Assembly (NCBI GenBank): GCA_030141605.1
Contig: JAQGDQ010000030.1
Coordinates: forward strand, 186,001-250,000
Source: Tubiluchus corallicola
Lineage: Eukaryota > Animalia > Priapulida
DNA length: 64,000 nucleotides
Reading direction: 5' to 3'
Under the pieces are notes generated by a model that saw nothing but the letters and a program-made list of their open reading frames with translations, had not been told where the DNA came from and made no database searches. The position numbers and the translations under genes were made by a program. Positions 28,901 through 38,962 of this stretch are shown piece after piece. Each line of letters starts with the position of its first letter. Within the stretch, counting starts at the first letter, position 1.

Positions 28901-31900
28901 TTGTTTTTCCTTTTCTGTTTTTCTGGTGTTTGTTTAAAGTTGTTTCTGCCTCAAAAGTGGCTGCATTACCTAACAGTGGTTAAATAGCTAAGTTAACTTA
29001 ATTGTTTTACTATTACGTAATATGTTGCGTAACTCCACTTCTCTTCGCTAAAACTGAATTTGTAGTGATTAGTTAGTGTACATAAACTGTAACAGAATAC
29101 ATGTTCCTCTTTTGAGTGCTTTTTTGTTTGGCCTTCATGAAGGTATTTGCATCACCGTTGAAAATGTTGAGAAAGCCACAAAAGTTATGATAATTTTGTT
29201 TTACTTTTTCATTATTATATTACCTGCTAAGGTGACAAGATTCTACTTGCAGTTAAAAGACTAACCCTAAACAGTCGTTCTTGTGGCTGCCATGTACCAT
29301 TACTGTCATCTCTTTCCAATGTGTATTAATGCTGTATATGTTTTGTCTTATTTGTGTAATTCTATCCGTTTCTTCTGTGCAATATCTGAGAATGGCTCAT
29401 GATATTTTTCTGTATTTCTGCTTTTCTGACTGGGAAAACAGCAAGGTTGGGATGACATAGGGCATGTCACTAACTTCAACTCTTAGAATCATTCTCAGAA
29501 ACTTACTGTGCTGTTTTGCCAGTTTACCCTTAAAAATTCCTTGTTTCACAGTTGAGTCTTATGCCGACAAGCCTGGAATGGCACCACCGGTGGACAGATT
29601 CGGCACTAGCACTTCGCCACGGCAAGGTAATACTAATTTTTCTTGGTGTATTCGCTGGTTTCGGGGGCTTTTTATGCTTTTGACTATACAAAGTCTGGTG
29701 GCTTTTGTAACAAAATGAGACCGGATCCCAACGTCATCACTTAACATCAGCATTTTGTCAGGGAATCCTTTAATCCAATTTCGACACTTTGCTTCTTTAT
29801 GTTGTCAAACAGGGAAATCAGCTCTTTGTCTTGACTCGCTACAAAATGGCTTGTATTTGGCAAATTAAAAAACCATTAGTCATTTAGGATGTTGGGTTTA
29901 TTTGTCTATTATCACTTAAACTCAGAAAAATATAACAAAGAAATTTGTGAAAAGGACTGTCTGTAAAACTTATTATAGTTTAACGGAAATTGGCACTGTA
30001 CTGCTTTTCTTCAGTCGTTGAATGACATTATTCGTAGAAGAGTGCACATTCAAAATGAGAGCACTCAAGGGTAAAATTATCACGACTTTAAAGGAATTTT
30101 ACTAATGACAGGATTTACTTATCACACGTGTATAACAAAATCTTTCTACCATTTTTTGCAAAATTTAAATAAGTCTAACTTTGCAGAAGGCTTGGCCTTT
30201 CCTTTAGTAATTGCTAAATTAATAACTAATAATGGTAGTTGGGAGAAATAAAATTAGGAGAAACAAATGGATAAAGGATCAAATTAATACACAATTTGTG
30301 TGCAATCATTACAAATATATCTTAGTGTCATTTGCATCTCAGGCTAGCACACTATGTGTAGTTTCTTTTTTGCACCTTTTGCAAGGAGTACATCAGGTAG
30401 GTAGTATTAAATGTGATAACCTATGTTCTTGAATTTTATCAAACTCCCTTTTGTTCGATAGTTTTACTTCCTTGTAATGTATTGTTCTCTGAGATTGTGC
30501 TCTATAATTATTTGATATTTAAGTATTCAAGATGTCAGTTTTTATGTAGGCTGTGTTACCAATATTGATTCTCTCTAACATAACTATTTTAATAGATGTA
30601 ACAGTTTAAGGTATACCCGTGCATGTCTTTAAGTACAAACAATTATACTGTAGTTTACTTAGTTTTGAGTCTATCATTTTAATATTTTTTCTTTGCCTGC
30701 AGAGCGGTTAGTACGCAAACCGGATGAGTTCGAGTATCGGACGTTACCGGACTACAGCAGCATGACTGTTGACCGGGCAAGTTTAGAACGTCGGCGAAAA
30801 CGAGAAGAGTTGGAAAATGCTCGAAAAGAAGCTACAGCGGTATGCTGCAAGCGGGTTTTTTTTTGTTGATTGCAATTTACCACTTTTCAGTAAAGGACGT
30901 CATAATTTGTACTGACCAGGAAGTGATTACTTAAAAAATGTAATATGAAAAGTTTGCTAAACATTAAAGGCTCGACATTTTTTTGTTAAGCTGCAAAATT
31001 TTAAGGAAATTTTTAAAGGATATCTGTTTTTCTTTCTTGTTTTTGTTTAACATTTTATTTTACTGTGTGTTACAACACAAGCAAAAATCAAAATGAACAG
31101 AACCTAAAAATAGTATTAATCTTTAATCTTCTTATTGTTGATATTAAGCGACAACTGAACAGTCATTTAATAACAGTTTAATGTAGTTGAAGAAAATAGC
31201 TAAGTGTCACAGTGTGCTTAACTCCAAAAGTTAAGCAACACTAAAGCTGTTTAATAAATGGATGCATGATTGCCAGGAAAACTGCTTATATGTAATTTCA
31301 CTGTCGTACTGTCTCCATACTATTTCTTTCATTGCATCATGTCTAAAACATGAGATGCAAACCTGGCTAAAATGTCTCTCTCACTTCAATTGCGTAAAAT
31401 TAGTAGTCTGCTCTCGAGTGCTAAATTTTCATTATTAATGTGCCAAGCTATACCATTAGAAAACAGTGGAATGCACAGTGTGTTCTCTAAGAGCTGATAA
31501 ATTCTGTAGTTGTGATAAGATTGTAGCTATTGACTGAATGTAAGATATCATAATTCAAAAACTGTAGAACAAAAATTTTTACTACAAAAGAATTTTTAAT
31601 AAATTTTTCGAAAATTTTTTTAGAGCATTTTATTAATAACTTCATAGAAGAATACGCCAAATCATTAACTATAAGATGAACTATTTATAACTGTTTCATA
31701 CATTTATGTAGAAAACCACGAGCAATGTTATTTTGCGACTAAAACTTATATTGTACAACAATATATACAATCTATACAATACAGATTTTTTATTGTAGCT
31801 ACTGAATAAATACTTGTTGATGATTCTGCAATACTTTCAGAAACAGCTTCTTGAAATAGAGAAAAGCAAAAAGAGAATTGAGGAACTAGCTAATGAAGAA

Positions 31901-34900
31901 ATGAGTCGCCATCATTACGTGTACGTATTTAATTCAGACATTATCACTTGAGATTATTGATTTTTTTCAGACAAAGTCACTTGAGATTATGATTTTTCAT
32001 GTTTGCAGATACTGTGACGATTGTATAACATTATTATGTTAATATTATTGCAAGCATTTTTGATAGTAGTGAATAATCATATTTTTCTCCTTGTACAGAC
32101 GAGTGATTCTGTAATACCCTTGGTAAATTGAGTGATTCTGTAATACCCTTGGTAAATTTTGTGGTTAGAGAGCATGCAGTTTTGTTTCAGGCCTTCACCA
32201 CAGATGTCGCCACTTCCAAAGTATGATTTTGATGATTTTGTGACCAATGCTGTTCCTGCTGAAGAAAAGCGAAAGGAGGAACAAGTGAAAGCATACGCTA
32301 CCGCCTTGTTTAATTTTACAGCACAAAATCCAAGGTAAACTACTCTAAATGCCTCAGTTCTTTGTAACAGTTTCAGGTAACCAACTTAAAGGAAAGGGAC
32401 AATCGCTTAGCATATCGTGTTCGTTTTACTGTTATCACAAACTTAGAAAAGTATAGCAAAGAAATTTGCAAAAAAATGTCTGTAAACCGTGAAGTTGGTT
32501 TATACTACGCTGTATAGGAATTTTCAAGTGCGGTGATTGCTGCCTTTCACTTGAAAATTATGATATGCAACTGGTGTACTTTGTGAGTGACTTTCCCTAA
32601 ACACATCGTGGCTTTCCATAAGTGTGCACTGCTTAAACTAATTCAGACTTGTGCAACTTGCCAATGTTCATGCAAAAATATCGCAAAATTAGCTGTCCTA
32701 ATTTTTTGCAAAAACTTTTTATACTTTTACTAAAATTGGCAGTCCACTGCTTTTCTTCAATGACGTTGCTGGTGGAAGAATGAACACCAAGCACTAAATG
32801 ATCGTGACTTTAATGTGATTTTACTAATTGCGCAAGACACTTGTTGCACTTTTATTACTAAATCCTTCAAGCATTTTTCGCAAATATTGAAATAAGCCTA
32901 ACTTCACAGAATGCTTGGCTTTGCCGTTAATTTAGCAGAAAATTACTGTGGGTGCTCGCCCGAGCTGCTAAATGCATGTAAAATGTGCTGCCTCTATAAT
33001 CATGTATGTTTATGAATCAGTAGTTCGCTTTGCTTCATCATGAAAATGAACGAAATTTGTGAAAGAGACGTCATACATTTTAACAAAATGCTAAATGCTC
33101 TTCCATTATGAAATAGGGCTTGAAAAATGATGGTTTAAAGGCATGTTTCACATTTTCACATATTTGCATAATGCAAAGTGTGGGTTATTTTTTTCAAAAA
33201 TGAGATTTCACATATTGATGAATGCTACCTTTGTTTCAGAGAGCTGTCATTCAAAAAAGGTGACACAATCTACCTAACCAAGACCATAGATAAGAACTGG
33301 TTCGAAGGCGAACATAATGGAATGATTGGAATTTTTCCATCTAATTACGTAGAGGTATGCTTTTTGTCATATTCCTGAAGTTGTTGATACATTTCATTAT
33401 CTTTGATTTGTAAATAAAGTATGAATACATAATTTTTATGTAACTGTTGTTTCAAAAAGCGGCAAAGTTTTTTATGCATTTTAAATGACTGTTCTGTTGT
33501 CAGAGTACTTTTAAGAGTTGCTTATTAAAGCCACGACTCCTGGGTTTTTGTGGTTCCTTTTAATTACAATATTACCATTATGTGTTTGCGAGTGAAAAAC
33601 ATACATAATCATAAGAAAATTGCTTTTATCTAATCAAGATTACGATAATGTTGTTCAGTATTTTCGTATTTGATGGACTGCTTTAGTCTAGTTACATGGC
33701 AAGACAAAAAAGATATAAATAGATTCTTAATGCATCTTGTACATAGTAGTTTGCCTAACAGCAAAACTAAATCCATTTGAAATTAATTGCCAATGCAATT
33801 ATCCAAAACTTGTAATTGTAATTTTACGAATATTTGAATGTTATGCAGTTTGTAGTTACATTCTAATTACAGTTGTTTAGCGCATTTTGGCTTAAGTCAG
33901 ATTTTCTGTACATTTTCACTTAATTCCAAAATTTGAAGTCATTTAGAATAATATTAGATGCTGAGAGCGTGACTTAGAGTCATTAGCTTGTTATCATCAA
34001 AACTACTTTCAGAATAAAAGGTATTTTTTGGCATTTTATATTCAGAGACATTCTTTATTGAAAGTCATCCGTTGTCCAAAGACATCCATTAGATAAAATT
34101 AGCAAAGAAGTCTGAATACCTTTTTTGAAGAAAACGTATTTAGAAGAACCCTGCAGGCAGTTAACGTTATTTTGATTTTTAGACAAAATGTCACCAGTAA
34201 AATATATAATGATATCATTGTTCTGGTTATTCTGGTTATTGTGTAGTAATATATACTAGTAATTTTGGTAAAAAGTTTAAGCTTACTTTATATATACTGA
34301 AGTTATAGGTTTGTTAGAGTAATCACTTTGAACTTTATACGTTAATTTGTAATGCATATTGTTCCATGGACTGTTGCTTTATAGCTCTTCCTTAAGTATA
34401 CCTTACAGTCTACTCGTTTTGCTGGTTTCTGTTTGCCAAATCTCTCTTCTCTTGTCTGTTTCTGTACTTTATTTTCATGTTTCCGGCATTGTGTTCTGTT
34501 TCTCATTTCACGAAACACTTTTTTTCAGTTGATTCTTTATCTTTAGTTCCAGTTCCTCAGTTCTGGTGCTGTATTATTTACGCTGCAACCTTCATTTCTT
34601 CCTTTTTGTCATGCGGTTCTGGCATTTATCATTATTATCTCATTTTTTATCTGCAATAAGTTCAGCTAAAATTATAAAATTTGCACTCAAATTACCTGTA
34701 TTTTCTTTTTGTCTTGCATCTTTGGTTGGTCATTTAGCCACAGCGGTCAATTTTTTCAACCTTGTCAGCAATAGTTGTATGCTGTGTTTTGCACAACAGT
34801 TTATTAATTTATGCATTGCATTTTAGTTTTAGTTACTAAGTTGCTGATTTGGTTTTCATAGACAGTGTGTTGCTTCGTTCTCTGTTTTTTTTTTGCTGCT

Positions 34901-37900
34901 ACATGATTAGTTATTCCAAGGCTGGCACTTTTGGTTAGTTGTTGAATTTTGCTTCATTGTTGCTTCACTAATGATTGCATAATCACGCCTGCAGCATGCT
35001 TGGGTTTATGGTTTTAGACGTTTTGACAACCAAGTGTCGGTATACTTAATCGTGTTTATTTCTTATCGCAGGTCATAGTGTCTCTCGAATATGCAGACAG
35101 CATACGTGAGGTGCGTTCCTAACGAAACTAACATTTGCTGCCTATAGTCGAGATCAAGTTTGGCATTTTTGCTTTTTATTTACTTGTAAACCTCCATTTT
35201 GTTTGTTTTGAAAAAATAGAATATTTATGCTCGATGTTTTGGCAGTCACATTTTGTTGTTTTTTTGTCTTGAATGTTGCGAAAGCGGCATTAATTGATGA
35301 TGTCAGTTAGCTGAGGGCTTTCAGAAAATATCATTTTTGTGTATATGTTAATACACCATGAAGCACATTTTGGGAAAATTGTGTCTCTCTTCATGCAATT
35401 TGCTAGTTTTACTTGTGGCAAAGCTGCAAATGTTGTTAATTTATATTGGTAAGACATTCTGCCTATAGGTTCCTTTTTCCTTATTGTTTAGCTTGTGTTG
35501 TGGTTTTGAATAATGCCTTTGTTTGTGTTTGATAAAAGCTGTTCGAACAGTCCATACCTCAGTTATTTATCTTAATTTTCGACATTATTAATTATTCATA
35601 GAATAAACTCATGTTTATTAACTTTTTCACTCCAAACTCCACAGATGTGAAGGACTTGGGACTAAGCCTAGATTTGAACCCGGGACCATTGGATTAGAAT
35701 TCCTGTGACGTAAACGAATCCACCTTTCTCCATAATGCAACTAGTGATATTGTAGGACTGCATTATTTATCACATTCAGGGAAACTTCTTGATACGCAAT
35801 GCATATTTTATTCTTGCTTGCACATAATCAATTCTTCCTGTGCAGGTGATACGCTCGTTAGATGAAGCGAGAGTAATGAGTGCACAGGTGGAGTCTGGAA
35901 TGGGTGTTGCTAAAGCCAAGTTTAATTTCTCAGCGCAATCACCTAGCGAACTTTCACTGAAAAAGGTAGGCAATTTATTTAGATGAGTAACTGTAGAATT
36001 TTATCCCTTTTAGTCTTTAATTTTTTAGTCTTTTTTAATACTTTTGATTTTTTAGTCTTTTTTAATACTTTTTAATCTAAATGTTTAATATCTCTGCTGT
36101 TCTTATTCGTGGTCCTGTTATTTTTAAACATACCAAAGGACTTTTATATTTGAATGGTTTTTCAGGGCGATACTGTTACACTGACTCGTAAAGTGGATGA
36201 TAACTGGTACGAGGGACTACTAGGTGGGAAAAAGGGAATTTTTCCTAGTTCTTATGTAGAAGTAGTTATCGAGCAAGGAGGCAGTGGCTCCATGCAACGG
36301 CCAAGCAGCCGACCGAGCTCTCAGCCTGTAGGTGAGTGAAATAACGTGTGTATAAATAGAGAAAACCATTCTGGATCTAAAAGTTGAACTTTTGCTTGTT
36401 GAAGCAGAAATGATGAAATATATGCCCAGGCAAGTCAAGCTGCAGGTTACAGTTTTTCATAATCCTTCATCCAAGTCAATGTGTGACTAAGTCAGCAGTT
36501 AAAACTCATAAGTTTTCCAGCCTCGTTTAATTAATTAATTAGTGACAAATAAATCATGTGTGAGTCTCTTTGTATCAACTTGAAGGATGTGTTCTTTGCT
36601 TCAGCGGGCACACGGTCTCCGGTTTTTTCTCCGGCACGGTCCCCGATCCGAATCCCCGAGTCTCCTTCCCGGACATCTGATTCGCCATTTAGCAGTAACC
36701 GACCATCTACGACCAGTCCACGACAGGCAGCTCAACGAAGCCCTGCATTGTCACATCGACCTGCTGTGCAGAAAAGCCCGATGCAGACACGGAGGTTTCA
36801 GGACACCCGGGAACCGGTGCACATACACGTCGAAGATACCAGGGGTCCTCATACGAAAAGGTTTGCTTTTAAAAAGAAAAAAACATTATTGTTCGCATTA
36901 ATTGCTTTATTGTACATCTTCATTCGAACGTGATCACTTCTGTTAGTTCAGTGTCTCACGGTTAGAGAACTATTCTTGGTAATAAAATAAATCCTGGTTC
37001 TGCTCCATTGTCAACAATAAGTAGGCTTTTCTTTTGAGTGCTGGATCCTAGCTGCAAAATACGAAACCATAACAAATTATATTAATTTATAACTCTATAA
37101 TGCATTTGCTGTCAAAATCTGTTATTGAACCAGATTTGCTAAAGCAGAATTGCTGTAATTATAATATTATTGTTTCATGGACTTATGCACTAGAATCTTT
37201 TATCAAGGTTTCAATGTTGTTTACAATCATTATGTAACCAAAGCATTGATGTATGTGCTACTATGTTTATTATTTCTTTGTTTTCTAGTGCATTTTTGTT
37301 TTGTTTTATTTTAACTATAAAAAATTTGGTATTAAATAACAGTTTTGATATAATTATCTGCATTAAAATACTTACAATATAATTACAAGATTAATACATA
37401 CTAACAGCTAAAAGCATAATGTTAACTTTCTACAAATAAAACTGCATTCTCATGCATTTCAGATGTTTGTATTTCCCCAAGTATTAATCATTTAATAATG
37501 AGATGTCTTGTAGAGTAACTTGATTGATTATTTCAGCTTTGATCAATATATAGCGGATAAACACAGAAAGCTTAAAGCTGCATCAGCTGAAGATGTTCTA
37601 GTGTTTAATGGACCTCGCTCAGAAGAGTTTTCATCTAGAAAGACGGTATTTTTATATTTTCTACTTTTTTCAACTTGCATTGTTTTTGCATGAAGTTGAT
37701 CATGTGCTTCATTACCATAAAAGATGTGGAATATACTAATAACTTCAGTTTATACAAATTTAGTTTATACAAAGCTGTTTTAACCTTGCTATAAAAACAA
37801 AACTGAAGTAATATGTTATATACATAATTTGTCAGTGTTGCTTGATCAAAGGTTTATGATTGTTTTTTATTATCTTTTATTTTAAATTTATTTCATACAT

Positions 37901-38877
37901 TTAAAGTACATATCAATATATATAAATTAAAAAAAATTAAAAAACAGTCAGCTATAAATATGATAGAAAGTAATAAAATATTTACTTATATACATACATA
38001 CCCAGACACAAAACACAAATTTTTCACTTATGCTGCATCTTCCCAAAATGTTGAATAATGAAATGCATTATTGTGGACCACCTTTAAAAAAGTGTAGTTG
38101 TATTGGAAAAAGTTGCTCCATAGGGCGCATGCGTAAAATTGACACGCATACGATTTGAACATCATTATTTTCGTATTTACGCAACATTTAGAGAATGTGC
38201 ATAAGTAATTTCCCTAAACTGGTGTGTGCATCATACTATCTTATTAAGTAGGTTGATTAATCAAGTGCAAGACGTAACGAGAAACACATTTTGTTTTCCT
38301 GTATTTCAATGGTAATCAGTACCAAAAAATTATACAATAAAATTCCTTTTGCTTTCAAAGTTTCTAGTCATTGTAAAAAGTTGTTGAACTAATAGTGCCT
38401 TAAGGTCTTCAGTGATAAGCTGTATTTTAGAAAGTGTTGCCCACTAACTGATCACTACACTTTAACAACAAAACTGAATTGAAGTGAACTGAAAATGGTC
38501 AAAATGGTTCATTTCAGACTCAAAGCCCTGCATCTGGTAGAAGATCATTTGAGCCACCTGCTTCACCCCTGAAAGTGCCAGATGAACCACCCATAGAAAC
38601 GTATGTATCAGCATTCTGAGTTGTACATTTATGTATCAGGTTTGTGTTAAATGAATTGTTTGGCTGGCTTTCAGTTGTGAAATTCACACGAAATAGCATA
38701 AGTGTAGAAACTGATTTTCTGCACCTTGATTTTATTGATAATAGTTAATACTGAATACTAAAATGTCATGTTGTAAACAAACCTTGCATGAAACAAAGTT
38801 TTGTTTACTTCCAAATATTTTCGTTCAATATCTCATTTGTGATGAGAGACCTCATTTTACAAATACACACACACACA

Positions 38878-38962
<85 letters not shown>

